Positions 13,665 to 27,991 are shown, counted from the first letter of the whole stretch. The stretch is 62,862 bases of DNA, filler included, from Choristocarpus tenellus KU-1152 (GCA_964200185.2; 14 parts of 14 records of this genome joined end to end with filler, not necessarily neighbours in it); one strand, 5' to 3'. The notes: generated by a model from the sequence alone, not told the origin. Translations and numbers: made by a program.

Positions 13665-15756
13665 CTAGAGAACCAGCGGTATGACCTGGCAAGGGAGCTG
13701 GCAGAGGCAAAGGCGCAGGTAAACGAGGTAGAAAAGGAGGTCCAAGCCCATTCCCGACAGAGCGCAATAGGACCGGATGGAAGGATCAATCCCGCACGTG
13801 CTCGCAAGAAGAGACGCCTTAATGAGGATCTGGAAACCCTCCTTGAGGTCATGGAGGTGTGTGACACAAGAATCACAAGAGGGTCAGAAGGGGGGGGGGA
13901 TATTATCATCTTGTAACAGGGAATCAATGGCGAGGAAAAACATATACAGTGGTTGGAATTGAAATGGTTTCTAAACTTTGTGTCCTGTAGAACTTTATTT
14001 TGCTGACAGTGGCTACCTCTATCTTCCTTCTCTGTATTCAGAAGCAACAAGGGACTTGTGGGAAGCAAGGAAGATTAATGCTCATAGGATACTGCGGTTG
14101 ATGTAATCCTTTTTTTCATTAGATGACATTGGCGTCTCAGAAGGTATCTACATTAGAGTCCTGCACTTATTGTTAAGAGGTCTCAGTACCTAACTTGAAG
14201 GAGTAAAGCTAAAGAATCCTTCATATTCCATGCTTTCACATTAAGTCTCACCCTGTGCCCCTGGCTCGACATCTGTTAAAGGTAAAACGAACTGCTCTGT
14301 CTGGAGTGGATGATCGCCTGGTAAGCCTTGCTGGGGTAAGAGCACAAAAAGATGAGGAGATGAAGGGCCTCGAGCGCTCCCTTGTGGAGGTATTGGTGGA
14401 GCAGCAGAAGAAGCTCCTGAGATTGCTCAGTGAGGTGAGTCAGCAACAGCATAATGGGTGTGAGCATGCAGTCCGAATTGCTGATGGCCTGTTCTTTTAT
14501 AAATCTTGCACAGGAGTATTGTATAGAGCTCCTTCCATGTCCTTCAAACTCCGACCTCCGTGTTGCTTCAGACTGCAGTGCTCAGAGATTCACACAATAT
14601 TACCCAACAACTAGTTAGTAGTTGAAGTACTGGATACTTGACATTTTCAAGTGTACCTGCAATGGCTACGTGCATGTGTAAGGACCTTGATGTTTGCGAC
14701 CACTTCCAATTTTGCAATAGTGTTCAATTCCCTCTTCTTCTGCCCGTTGGTGATACCTTTTTCTTTCCAAAGCCCAATGCCCTGTGTGCTCCACACTAAG
14801 CATCCTTTGTAGCATACCACTATGTTGTATGTACAAACTCAGGAGTAATAACATACATTTCTATCATCTATGCATCATGGAGCATATCTCTCTCTCTCTC
14901 TCTCTCTCAGTGTAGGATATGTATGTGTGTTGTCTTCATCAAACCTTCGCCACGGGAAGGCCTGCCTCAACCGCTTTGCTCGCTTACCATTCAAGTTGTT
15001 GCATGCCAAATTGTAGGATCTAATTTTTTCTCTACTATTTTTTCTGGTTGAATCTTCTCCCCACCACACCTCACCTCACACATTATTGGGTGACCTAGTA
15101 TGATGACTCTTGCTCAGATTGTTGTCGACAGAACCAAGCCCTCAAAAGTTCTTTGGGTCAAATTCTTTACGCATGATTATGGGGGGGGGGTCTACACCAG
15201 GGTGTCCATTTGGGCCCTGACTGGGAAAAGGACACATTACCCATCCGAAACATGCAGTCAAGTCACCCAAAAATTGCGACATAGAAAATGGGTCCCAAAT
15301 GGACAGCCGCCACCTCTCCCTAGATGCTTTGAGTCTTTGGAAGTAATGATTGCAACCCCTTCCACTCACTCACCTCGGTGAAATATGTGAGATATATATA
15401 TATATACACACATATATATATATATATTGCCCTTGTCCCTGCAGTGTGTATCCACAACAAAAAACGAGACAAAACGTACGTAGTCACTCCCCAATCACCC
15501 CCTACCCCAACAATCTCCAGCATTTCATCTTTACTTGTCCATGATGTGCAAGTACCTTGAGCATCACAGTAATATTCACACACCTGCCCTACCAACTCTT
15601 GAAAGCATCTCCCGATCACCCTAACCATATTACCCACCTTTACATACATATACATGCTTATTGATGCTCTCTGATCCTTGAAAGGCGGATGAGGACGACC
15701 AAAGGTTGGATGCAATCAAGAGCAAAGATCGAAATGGCACAACAAGAGAAAAATGA
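13665..15756 (+). CDS. Coiled-coil protein C-terminus; exons 13665-13856, 14282-14434, 15685-15756
   Basis: Heptad-rich LENQRYDLARELAEAKAQVNEVEKEVQ..RARKKRRLNEDLETLLEVME|VKRTALSGVDDRL..MKGLERSLVEVLVEQQKKLLRLLSE|ADEDDQRLDAIK..EK*, with phase-0 GT-AG joins. Confidence 0.7.
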
Positions 15757-16149
15757 AAAGGGCTTGCCTCGTTGCATCATTGGACTGGATCGGAGGCATC
15801 GGTAGCTACAACTAATTGACGGTCCAGGAAATTGTCATCTCGACTTGTCCCATTAGTTCAGAATCGAGTATCTATACTTTCTCATCGTTGTGGTCCCCTT
15901 TATTGTAGCTGGTTAGGGATCATTTTGAGGAAAGGAAGGGGATTATTGTTTTGGTTTGTTTAGCCCCAGCACACTAACTAGCAGATCGTTGAACAGGCAA
16001 CAATATTATTTTTTGCATATACAAAGAATAAAATGTCAGGACCTTCCTTATCCTTCTCTCTGATTCCCTTCACTATTATTGCTGGACATTGAGCTGAGGG
16101 AACAAAAAATGCACCAGTTTTAGTATTGATGCACCTCATCGAAAAACGA

Positions 16150-16970
16150 GAAAGTTAGCATTTTCAGTTCGAATTGTACGAAGGGGAATATGCACTGTGC
16201 TTTAAATTTAGTCCATAATTGGCAAACACCTCATCTACTAGACTGGCGATATGTTCATTTTGACTACTCAGTTCACTCTCTACACCTTTAGGAAAACCCT
16301 GCTGTGCTTTCCACTGCAAAAACAATGACCCTAGACCAGTTGCACACACTTTCAGCGAGGGAGACTGATTAGACCTCATTTTAACTCTCCAGGGTTGTGG
16401 ATGGATCTCTCAACACTCCTCAAATATCCAAAGAGCCGTAGACCTCTAAGAAAATTAGTCACGTACTATGGTACTCATCAAGTCACTAAACATAGCTTTT
16501 ATAGGTCACCATCATTTTGCGCATCATCACACACCTAACTACCTCCGAATTACTCAGAACTAGTTCACCTACACATTGTTGATAAAAGGCTTTTGTCTTG
16601 AATCCACTTTCAACAATTGACACTCAAGGTTAATGCACCCACTATTCATTGTAGGAAGTGTAGCTAGCTCCAGTATGTCTTCGAGACATGACTCACTACC
16701 TCTGATTCACTTCAACGTGCCTACCTGTACACATAAGCAATATGCAAATTGACAACTTCGGCAGTCGTGCAGTAGATGAGACCATGTGAACTACTGGAGG
16801 AGTTTGAGTATCTTTCCTTAGTGCACTGTGTTAAAAGATTGGTGATCATTCAAGTTCACAGATTGGATATATGTTTCTCTACTATTCACTCCATCAAACA
16901 CTTCAAGCAAAACAAACTGACCAAAAAACCAAGATTGCAGACATCCCTCAAGGCAGTACCCAAGACACCG
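16150..16970 (-). pseudogene. Possible highly degenerate non-LTR retrotransposon RT remnant
   Basis: Stop-interrupted fragments SFNTVH*GKILKLL and VDEVFANYGLNLK loosely resemble the LINE RT motifs AFDTV..H..L..L and F...GL.IN. Weak. Confidence 0.2.
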
Positions 16971-17825
16971 TAGGTAAAGAAAGAAGGAAACAAAGCTCTG
17001 GGTGCTTCAAAATCTAGAATGATTTCGGTCCCCACCCTTCTTCACTCCTCAAAAGGCAATGTTCTGGTTGGAACATTGCCTCTTCTATTAACCCTAAAAA
17101 GGAAATAACTTGGAAATTGCAACTGCTCAATACAAGCTCATCAAACGGTCCTATTGTGGACCAGCAGGAACCATTTTACACCTCGCAGAAATTTCTGATA
17201 AAAAAAACGAAGACAACATACACACTTCGAAAATATTTGTCAGTTTGTATACATACACACACCGCATATGCAACAATCTTAGATGTCAAATCCCTGCACC
17301 ACACTAAAGTCCTTACCATACCAGATGTCTAAAAAAAAGTGCAAAGACAAAGGCCCAAAGCTACAAGTATCCCTACAAAACCTCAAAGTACGAGTGCAGC
17401 ACTACTGTACATGAAAATAATCAAGATTATCCACTCAAAGACCGCAGACCCTACACCTATATTCCACACAAGAAAACGTAGCCTTTACACTGATTGCACG
17501 GACAAAAAAAAAACTCATGGAACAACAGTGGTGTCTGCCTTCATCTCATGTAAACCCTCAGAACCCCATCCCCTAAATCTTCTCAATGCACTATAACGAC
17601 CAACTCTGCCTCTCTCCTCCTGCTCAATACAGCTACATCACACTTCAAGACCTGACCTAAATTACCTTGACGTGTCAGCAAGACCATTTATCAATCACAC
17701 TCAAAATACATCACATCCACATAGATCTCCAAGACCGTGCTAGTCCTTCACGGACCACACTTCCACCACAAACCGGCCTGATGCACTCAAGAAACCTTCC
17801 TGTTATCCATTGCCACAACAGCACT

Positions 17826-20800
17826 TCAGACCATTCTTCGTTCTACCCCACTGCCGTTACTGCCACCCTTCTCAGCCCTATTGTTTTTGGCACGGGCACG
17901 ATCTGCAAGGGCTAAGGCAGCATGCGCCCCTGAGGCCTTCGTGGGCTTAAGAAAAGATGATTTGTACAGTGGCACTGCTGGCCCTACCTTCCTGCGCTTT
18001 TGCTGTAGGGAAGATGAAGAGGATTGACCTCCAGATACTGTGTTACCATTGGAACTGATTGCAAGCGCTGGCTTTCGTCCTCCTCCACTCTCCCCCAAAT
18101 GTGATCTCTTACTACTAGAGCTAATACTACCGTTGATCGCAGGCAGGCCTGCAAGGGCTTTGCTGGTGCCATTCCGGTCTGAGAAGCTTCGATCTGACCC
18201 TATGCCTGACCCTACCCCTGCAGCAGGGGCAACCACACCGCTCTTTGATGCACCCGTCTCAACTTTGGAGACTGAATGCTGATGACCTTGTTTTGTCCCA
18301 CTACTGTGGTCACTACTCCCATCACTACTAAGCCCAGATTGATCTGATCCCACCCATCCGTGAGGTGCCGATGACTCAGCAAGCTTTTTTTCCTTAGCCC
18401 TCTCTCTGTCCCTTGACGAGGCAGTGACTTTCTCCAAGCGAGAGGCATTGACCTCTGGATCTAACTTTGCCTTCTTTCCAACCACCCCATCTAGAGACCC
18501 TGGTGTTGCCTGGGAGTTTTCAGCGATCAATCTAAGTGGTTTCCTCTTTGTACCATTGACAGAGTTGCTTCGGGTCACTGTGCTGGAATCATCACCCCTC
18601 ACTCCCCCAGCCCTCTCCCCCAACGAACGATCTCTCCCATTGCTGAACTTCTTATCCTGTGAGGACGCTTCCTTTGTCACCATGGGTATGTCGCTAGACT
18701 CTTCATTAACACCCACTTGCTGATCAACCTTGAGGTCAGATGTAGATCCCGCCGATGGGGAAATCTTTTGCTTGGACAAGACATTCCTGCCCTTAACCCT
18801 CATCTTTGTAGTCTCCTTCACTACAATTGTGGACTCTTCTGGTGCAGTATCAGCTTTCTTTCCCACCCCACTTGCTGCCAAACCTTCTTCTTCCTTGAAG
18901 GGTTGTGACACATTATGTCCACTGTGGAACTCAACTGAGTCATCCAGAGAAAGGGCTATGAGGACTGGAGAAGCTAGGCTGCTTTCTCGAAGGCGCTGTA
19001 CGAGAACTGCCTTGACCCCAGAGGTCTTGAGACCATTTTCACGGAGGAAGTGCTTGAGTTGGGGTACCTTAATGAGAAAAGATGACGGACGATAAGAGTG
19101 GGCGGCAACAGAGATCAAGATCACACCAGTGTGTACTGGGTTTGGCAGATTGGGTAATTGCCATAACCTGAATTGTGGGAACTGTGTAGAGCAAGACTAT
19201 CAAAGTGGGGTCTTGTACCACCAAGGTAAGAGAACTTCCTGGTCAACAGCATGAAGAGGGCGGGTGAGTGGAGTAGGAGTGACAGAGCAGTTGTTGGAAT
19301 AGCAGCAAACAAGGAATAAAGAGAGGACACACACGGTGTCAGAAATACTTTTTCATCTCTTAAGACCACATGAAACAAAAGCAGCCACTTGTCATTTGAT
19401 GGTGATCTAATGGCTAAGGCAGGGGAGTCAAAGTAAACAAAAGAGTTACCCAGGTTTTGACCGCACCCTCCAATTGCAACCCTGGGTACCCCTCATCTAC
19501 CTTGGCTCAGGGGTAAAAAGAGTCAATCAAACACACTCTTTAAAGTACAAAGATTAGTCAGAGGGTATGGAAACAAAGAACGACTCCTAGCTTCCTGCCA
19601 GGCATCAAGCAGTACTGCCTGTTGCCTTCCACTTTCATCCCTTTCTCACAGTATGGCTCTCCAGGTTGGACAAATTCATTGTTTCTCCTGTCGCCTTGCC
19701 ACCATCCCCACTGTTCCTTCCTCTGCTGCTGGTGCTGCCATTACTCTCTCGCTTGCCAACGCCTCCAGTGAGGTCAACAAACGACCCTGGTTGGACAGTA
19801 GGTTCTATTGGAGACACCTCATCATGGTCAGAGACCCTTGGGGATGCACCACCCTCACCCTCTATCTCTGCAATGTCCCCACGGGCAGATCGCCTCTTAT
19901 GGGCAGGTTTCTCATCTGCCAGCAGTGAGACATAGTATCTCGGATTTAGACATACGCTCAAAAGGTGGTCATAGCGGTGGAGGGTGGGGGTGCTAGAGAA
20001 TGCAGGGCATTTCAACTGTTTGGGTATTAACATTATCCCATAGTTATGACACACTAAAACCATGTGAAACAAGGAACTCTGAGGGGTCAACAGACACTAC
20101 TGAACACCTTCATGTGATGCCCATTATAAACTATAGAGCAGCTACTTGAATCACACTACGGAACATCCTGACAATTGGAGACACGCCATCATCCCTAATA
20201 CACTTTCCAACAGTCTGCTCCAGAAGAGGATGCCACAGAGAACCTCGATTGAGGAGGATTTAACCTTGGTACCCATATCAGACCCCCAAAAAAACGCAGT
20301 ATAAAAAGACTGTCAAGTTTGTTCAGGAGCAGGAATGGCACTCAAGCTCCCCCTCCTCTCAGGAAGCTTAGAGCATCAGTAGTAGGTAAAGAGCATTTGC
20401 AATTCATGTCTATTGAAACCAACTCACCAGGAAGCCACTCCTCATCCATCTCGTCATCTCCTTCCTCATCGCTGTCCATCATGAATGTCATCTCCCCTTC
20501 CTCAACCACTTCCTCCTCATAGTTATCCACATCTTCATCCCCACTCTCCCCCCCTTCATCCTCCCCGTGCTCACGCTCCCCACAGCCCCGTCCTTCAGGG
20601 CTTGCTTCAACAGCTTCAACAATGGCTGTAGAGGTCTCCGCAACTATCGATGATCCGGTAGCAGCAGTTCTTTGCCTGTCCACACCCATATCAGCCTTGA
20701 CCATGAGTCGTTTATTTTCCATAGACAGGCTTCGAAGCTCCAGATCCTTTACCGCTACAGCATTTGCCCCCTCCCGCCTTGAGGTGATAAGTCACAAAGG

Positions 20801-23668
20801 AGAACAGAGGACTTGCCAGGTAAGGTCAAGGAAAACAACTATAGCCCTTGTAAGGGAAACAAACACATCTACCTTGAAAAAAGTACAACAAATAGCAATC
20901 ATAACTACCACCCAACATTGTGTATTCAACAACCCAAATTGAAGTGGTAACTGCTCTCTTTTTTTGGGGCACTAATAGTACAAATTGAAAAAAACGTTAC
21001 AGGTGGTGGTGGATAAAGAGGCGTGAAGATACCTCCTTTCATGCAGAACACCAACGGGTGGTGCAGGCGCAGTTATGGCCACAACACCTACACTCCTCTC
21101 CTTAACAGTCAAACCACCCTGTTCATAACACTCACTGCACCTCTAATAACGAAGAAGGAGCAAACATCTCAGGTATAGCATGGAGGCATACCATGTTACA
21201 CTCTACAACCTAAAGCTGCTAAAAGCTGGTTTGCAGTATGTTGGGCATTCATTTTGATGCTGCTCTCCAGGACTAGTTGTTCAAAGTGCAATCAACCATC
21301 ACGCACAAGATCATAACAGAGGAGAAAGACCATGCCCCAGGACCCAGTTGCTCTGAGTCCTCAGAATCACATCCTACTTAGACTCTTACCTAAAAGTCGC
21401 TGCTTGCCTCTTATCATCTCCAAATACTACCCTAACATTCCGACACAGACTTACGCCCACCGAAACTAAACCAGTACACTAGACTGAGAGCAGTACCTAG
21501 CTCTACCTAATATGAAACCTTGACCCTCTCACTTCGTCAAAAACTAACTTACAACCAAAATCTTAGAAACAATCTGGCGCAGTAAACACTTTACAACCCG
21601 CAGAGAAGCCCCCTACGATCGTATCCCATCTCAGAACAAAAAATAGCCAACAAATTCTTCGTCAAGAATGGTCCAGATGCCCACAAAAGTCAGCCAGCTC
21701 TACACGCAGCACGCATGCAACACACCAATCCAACCACACAAAACAAAGGCAAGAACTGCATATTGAGGAACCCAGAATAACTCTCCTCCATGTACACTGT
21801 TGTGCAACAATGCGGGACACCAATCTGCAGTGGTCAGTCAGCCTAGGCAAAGTAAGAGCTAACAAACATTTCCTCGGAAATACTAGGCCAGGGTTTACTC
21901 CAAGTCAGCTTCGCTTAAGTATTTCCTATTTCTCACTCTTCCTCAAACCCTGTCCCTACCATGGAACTCACCCTAAGACATAGGCTTCCACAGCCCGCTC
22001 AAGAAGAAGCGACATAGTCACACGGTTGTCCCAAGGTGAGCGAAGGCGTGACCACTTCGTGGTTGTCCCCGCCCCATTGACATTCGCACCCTTGCTACTA
22101 CTCAGGATAAATGCCTGCAGCTCCTTAATGATCTATTTATAAAAATAAACAAAAACAGAAGAGGGTGCACGTACCGCATGGGATACAATACAAATAAAAA
22201 TAAATATTTGGGATACAGAGCAAAGAGGTAATCATGCTGTTGACCAAGGTGCAAGCTTCGTTTTGCAAGTGGAGTGGGACAAGGAAAAGACAGACATTCC
22301 ACTCAAGATTCACCACAGCTAAATACTCAGAAGATAATTCATAAAATCCAGCAAGACAATCCCATCCTACAACCAATCAAGCGCCATCTATCATTCTCCT
22401 ACCTCACACACAACACGCGCATTGATTGTACACCTTGTACACCTCTTGGCACTCGCGAAAAGAACCGACAACACTGCGCCAAAGCGCCTAACAATATAAC
22501 AAAGCACCTTACAACAATTTGAACTAGATCGCTCCAAAAGAACCTAACACACTCTCCAACCTCGCCATATATTCCTTGCAGGATATAATACACAAAACTA
22601 CCAAGACCTATTTCAAAATGGAAAAAAGAATCTGCACAGCATTGCCTGAAATACCCTCCACACCTGCCATCCCTGAAAACAATCATCAATCACCTTCGAT
22701 CCAGCCTCAATCCTCTCGTCCAGCAATCCCAGCTCATCCAGAGAGCCCCCCCCCCCGCTACTTCTTCCCTCTCCCTCCTCCTCCTCCCTGCCAGAAGTAG
22801 TACGACTAATGCTCTCCTCAAGGCGATGCCGGCGAGCAGCAGCCTCCGCCCTGACCTTGATCTGTTCCTTCAATGCTCTCCTAGCCACCTTGAGCGCCAC
22901 CGCCTCCTGCAATCAAAAAAAAAAAAAATGTAAAAAAAGAAAGGCAATTTAGGATCAGACCGCTTTCATTATGCATAAATAAGGTGTACCCTCCTTCAAC
23001 AGTAGACCCCCATCGCCGTACATATCATCTCTGAGTATTGAAAGGACACAATGACAACAAGCTCTCGAGTCAAAGTATCTTAGGGTTAGGGTAGAGCCGC
23101 GTCCATTTCGGGGTCAAAATCCAACGTTGCGATTTTGTTGTAATTTGGCTATCGTATTTGTTAGGAAGTGTCAATATCTATGTTTCGGACACACCTTTCA
23201 TAGTGTGTATACATTTTACCTACTCCTAAACATTTTGGAGTAGGAAAATGTCATTAAAAAAAAACCCATGGGAAGCCAAGCCCCAAATGGACAAACAGGC
23301 CAAAACTTGTACCCTCTCTTAATAAGATACTTTCACTCTCGAGGAATTTTCGATCCCATTGTCTCACATCCTCTCCCACCCTCAACAGAGCACCGTTACC
23401 TCCTTGCCACTTTTTTGCGCCCCCCCCAAGAGGCAAAATCACTCACAACAAAAAAAACACATCACTGCAGGTACGACCAACAACACTCCCCAAATACAAC
23501 ACCCAAAGGCCCAGCACAACATTCACCCGTGCCCGATCTCACCTCTATCTCCTTGTCGATCCATGCAGCAAGCTCCACCCTCTTAGCCTCCTTAACCCCA
23601 CCCTCTCCTCCCCCTCCCACCCCAGCACCACCGTCAGATGACAGGGCCAGACGGGAAGATGTGCCCCC
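17826..23668 (-). CDS. Kinesin-4 (KIF4/FRA1-like chromokinesin) stalk and tail with a SAP domain, 5'-partial; exons 23668-23543, 22906-22694, 22132-21972, 21140-21033, 20777-20428, 19915-19650, 19067-17826
   Basis: All seven exon phases are compatible. ELAAWIDKEIEEAVALKVARRALKEQIKVRAEAA, IEAGSKIIKELQAFIL and TKWSRLRSPWDNRVTMSLLL resemble the conserved kinesin-4 stalk blocks (W-L-x-x-E-I/L-E; I-x-D-L-Q; R-W-x-x-L/I-R-S). The SAP consensus is split across an intron: LSNLESHT|VPQLKHFLRENGLKTSGVKAVLVQRL. The motor domain is not in the contig. Confidence 0.7.
23067..23338 (+). mobile_element. MITE family A (about 250-270 bp; TIR GAGT[C/G]AAAGTATCTTAGAGGGTA); copy with TTAGGG insertion in the left TIR
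   Basis: Terminal inverted repeats, internal CCTACTCC..GGAGTAGG hairpin, and about 12 copies in the window. Confidence 0.9.
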
Positions 23669-24552
23669 NNNNNNNNNNNNNNNNNNNNNNNNNNNNNNNN
23701 NNNNNNNNNNNNTTAATTAATTAANNNNNNNNNNNNNNNNNNNNNNNNNNNNNNNNNNNNNNNNNNNNATTATTTTGAATTGCTGTGAAGTACGAGCACT
23801 TAAAAAAAAAATCCTAGCACGCTGTGTAGCTTATCACAATCCTGGTGGTGTTTATGATTGATAGGGTGTTGTCACAGCATTCCGTCTCACAGGTCTTCCT
23901 GCTTCCTCTCCCTCACACCTCCATCTCCCTGAGGCCCTGTAATTCACCCTTGGCACCTCCTGCATTTTGGATTTTGAACTCCCCAACCCCTGACCCCCCA
24001 CCTCCTACGGTCACTCCCTTCATACTCCAAGTATTATGTTGATTTAGCAGCTCCCTCTAGATTTGCTCTTGTTTTTCTTAGGTCCCACCATGCAAGTTTG
24101 ATTGTTGCATCGCCCCTCATTGTTATTGCTAAGTATGCTTTTTGTGCACCCCTATGAGAGATGAAAATTCAAATGGCATCAGGTCTCAAATTTTTCTGTT
24201 GAAGTATGAGGGATTCAACCGATGGATTGGACAGTGTGATGTCTAGTTCTGATGGTATGTGTGGTGTGCCTGTTGCCCTGTCAACCATTTCTTTCGTAGT
24301 CATACTTGATACCAAGGACTTGAATGGAAAACCGATTTACCTCCCTGAACCCAGCTGAAGAACTATCTCCTCTCAACAACAACAACAACAAAATGTTCTG
24401 TGTTTTTGTTTGGGGGGTTGGGGCGGGGGGGGGGGGGGGGGGGGTGGGGTTTTTTGGGGGGGGGGGGGGGTGGGGCACCTTGTGGGGGTGTTTTTTTTGA
24501 TNNNNNNNNNNGGCGCTGGTCTCGAGAGCGTAAAGTGTTTGTTGTTGGTTTG

Positions 24553-24593
<41 letters not shown>

Positions 24594-24598
24594 CTCAG

Positions 24599-25756
24599 AT
24601 GTTCTGACAGGGGTGGTGGATGCTGCACCTTCTGGTGGTAGTCTTTTGAATGACCTTTTGGCCGGTCAGACCAGTGCAGGAGAGGATAGTATAGAGGGGT
24701 TGAAGGCTGCACAGTTCACAACCACTTCTCAGGCAAGCGAACAAAGAAGAATATAGATGTAGCTCTGTGTATTTCTGGGATGGAATACAATTCATTGATG
24801 TGTGAGATGGAAGGCATTCTATTACGGAAGGAGGTGATTGGATTGGGTTCCGGTTTCGGAAGCAGTCCTATATTTTTTTTAATATTTTGTGGAGAATTGA
24901 TTGGCACACAGTTAGGGGGTTCTTTGTTGTTGGCTTTTTTTTCCTGGTCAGTGTGCATGGTATGGAGCAAGAGGGTTGGTGTCATTATTATATTTATTGT
25001 TTTCATGCCGTAACGGCAGTCCGAGAGATGCCTGTCCAGTGATTGAAAAGGCAGCTCAAAGAAGATAATACACAATGCTTGAGAAAAAGCAGCAAGGACC
25101 CTAGTAATAAAAGTAAAGTGGTGGAATAATAAAGGAAAAAAACCCCAAGAAAGAATAAGAAAACCTTGGTGTGGAGTGTACCCGGTTGGATTTCTTAGCA
25201 GAATACCTCTGTACTCCCTGTTAAGTTCTTGGTTTCTTTTGGAGGGGTGGTGATGGAGAGCTGGAGTATTATCATTTGTGTGTGTGGTGTGTGTGCTTGT
25301 GCATTCCATTTTGCGGTGGGGTATCCGTGATGGAAGGCGTGAAGAGTAGAATGGCTTCAGTCATAGAATTTTATCTGCGATTTGATTATCGTATGATACC
25401 CCCAATCATCGTCGTTGTATTTGAAGTCAATCTTGTGTGTTTTTTTTATTTCTATTTTTTTTTCTGCGAGGCTCGTGATGCTCAGATCACTTTTTAAGAA
25501 ATAATATACTGCTACTATGTTAAGAATTTTAAGGGTTAGGGTTGTGTGTGTGGAACACAAGGGGGGACAAGAAGAAAAAAAAATGCTATTTTCAATGCTT
25601 TTTTTTTTCAGTTTCATAGGCATCCATTCCTGTGTCCCATATGTGCACAATTATGATGATAATAATGAGATTCATGTTCTATGTATGCACCACAGCACAG
25701 TGCTTACTTCTTCTACCTTCTAATAACCTTTTATAGTTTGAATACAACAGTAATTG

Positions 25757-25806
<50 letters not shown>

Positions 25807-26248
25807 CTTCCTTCTCTCCCTCCTCCCTTCNNNNNNNNNNTTTCCCACCCACGCCCCGGTCTTTCTTCTTCCACCCTCCAATAACCTTTTATATTTTGAA
25901 AACAAAAGTAATTGCCCCCCCCCCCCCCCCCTCCCTCTCCTTTCTGTCTCCTTCACTCCTTATATTTGTTACTCGAGACAGATGTTGGTGGGTACAGGAT
26001 CAGCATCGCATTTCAAAGACAAAAACGGTGCTGGAGCAATCCCCATGAACAACTTGCTGGGGCTTCCTCTGGGAGGAGAGACTGGTAATGGCCTTCAACT
26101 AGGGATTGGCGGAACTCAGAAGTTGGACATGGGTCTCGGTATGGGAACAGGGATTGCTAATAGCGGCGGAGGCGTGCGAGAAAAGGCAACTGGAAATAGT
26201 GCCCAGCTTCAGGAACTACAGCAACAGAATATCCTCTTACAACAGCAG
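24599..26248 (+). CDS. Unknown Gly/Gln-rich protein fragment; exons about 24599-24732 (GC donor) and 25982-26248
   Basis: DVLTGVVDAAPSGGSLLNDLLAGQ..FTTTSQ|gcaagc joins in phase 0 to cag|MLVGTG..AQLQELQQQNILLQQQ|gtgaga. Confidence 0.5.
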
Positions 26249-26472
26249 GTGAGATTTGGGAAGATTAGGGTTAGGGCGTGTAGTGGTCATGTGATAATTT
26301 CTGATTCCTGGTGTAGTTTGTTTCTGTGCATATTTTGTATACATTTCTGTGAACACTAACCCTTTACTCAATCATTTGTACGGGTGGATGTTGTAGTGGT
26401 ATTATAATGATTCTGGGTTGGTGAAGTGTGTAAGAAAAGAGGAAGGTGATTGGGGTTCCTGGCACACACTCC

Positions 26473-26503
<31 letters not shown>

Positions 26504-26691
26504 AAGAGAGGGGGGGAAGAAAAACCGACTCCTTATTACAAAAAAAAAAACAAAAAAATTATTTAANNNNNNNNNNNNNNNNNNNNNNNNNNNNNNNNNN
26601 NNNNNNNNNNTTAATTAATTAANNNNNNNNNNNNNNNNNNNNNNNNNNNNNNNNNNNNNNNNNNNNCCCCCCCAGGTACTTTGGGTCACAA

Positions 26692-26947
26692 GAGTGAAAG
26701 TATCTTAGAGGGTACGATTTTTTCCCTATTTGTCCATTTGGGGCTTGGCTTCTCATGGGTTTTTTTATGACATTTTCCTACTCCAAATGTTTCGGAGTAG
26801 GTAAAATGTGTATGTTATGAAAAGGTGTGTCCAGAACATGGATATTGACACTCCTAACAACTGCGATGGCCAAAATTCATCAAAATCACAACATTGGATT
26901 TTGGTCCTCAAATAGACGCGGCTCTACCTTCTAAGATACTTTGTCTC
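26692..26947 (-). mobile_element. MITE family A copy with 4-bp TSD ACAA
   Basis: ACAA|GAGTGAAAGTATCTTAGAGGG ... GATACTTTGTCTC|ACAA. Confidence 0.92.
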
Positions 26948-27732
26948 ACAAGTGCTACATAATAGTGAAGCATTTAGTATATACTATTGAAGTATTGAGT
27001 GCACCTGGCTTGTATGCCCTTCCTCATATACGCATTCAAGCTTGTGCATATGCTGCGAAAATCATTTTAAGATAATCGTAGGATCAGGCCTGAGAACCGA
27101 TCCTCTTCAGGCTTAGGTTATCGACAGGTTAGGATTTGGCATTGCTCTCACTGCTCTCACTTATCACTAGTGAATGGCCTCTGTAATTTCAGCCAGACTC
27201 AAATTTGTTGAAGTTAGAACCAGGATGTGCACTGCCATGTGGACATCATATTATTAATATATAGTGGTAGAAGGTTTTGCTTCGAAGATGTCAATGATTG
27301 CCCAGATTAACTTTGAATATTGAGGAGGAGGGTGCATGGAAACACATGAATGCCTACTGTAAGAAAGGCTGGCATGTATGTCTAATTTAACCGGCAAGAG
27401 GCATTTGCTCATCAACCTGGATGTCATGGATATTAGCCTTAGCATTATTCTCCACCTGCTTAAATTTCTTGCCTTTCCTATAGCGACTATCTTCTTCCCT
27501 TTATTTTGTCCGTTCACTGGCAAGCCAAAGTGATCCTCCTCTCTCTCCCAAATAGCTTCATCATGTCAAGACCACGGGTATTGCTGTATCCAGTACTTGC
27601 CTGTTTCCTGTGATATCTCTGGCACATAGGAAGCCTTCCTCCAGCCACAGGGCAACTCGACTCAGCTGAGAGGGCAGGACAAGTGTCACATATGACTGGG
27701 GTTTTGGCGGTGGAAAGCCATCCGACACCTGT

Positions 27733-27991
27733 GAGTGAAAGTATCTTAGAGGGTACAAATTTTGCCCTGTTTGTCCATTTGGGGCTTAGCTTCCGTTGGG
27801 GTTCGTATGAAATGTTCCTACTCGAAAAAAAATTCAGAGCAGGTAAAATGTGTATGTTATGATAAGGTGTGTCCAGAACAAGGATATTGGCACTTCCTAA
27901 CAATCACGATAGACAAAATTACATCGAAATCGCAACATTGAATTTTGACCCCCAAATGGACGCGGCTCTACCCTCTAAGATACTTTGGCTC
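27733..27991 (-). mobile_element. MITE family A copy
   Basis: Full TIRs; flanks CTGT/CCGT (4-bp TSD with one mismatch). Confidence 0.9.

Noticed and set aside
24380-24660. Apparent duplication and poly-Gly/poly-Pro ORFs around poly-G tracts (also 25755-25950, 42417-42514)
   Set aside because: The sequence left of the 10-N gap is a G/T-degraded version of the sequence to its right. This is typical of read dephasing after long homopolymers, so it is an assembly artefact and tract lengths are unreliable.
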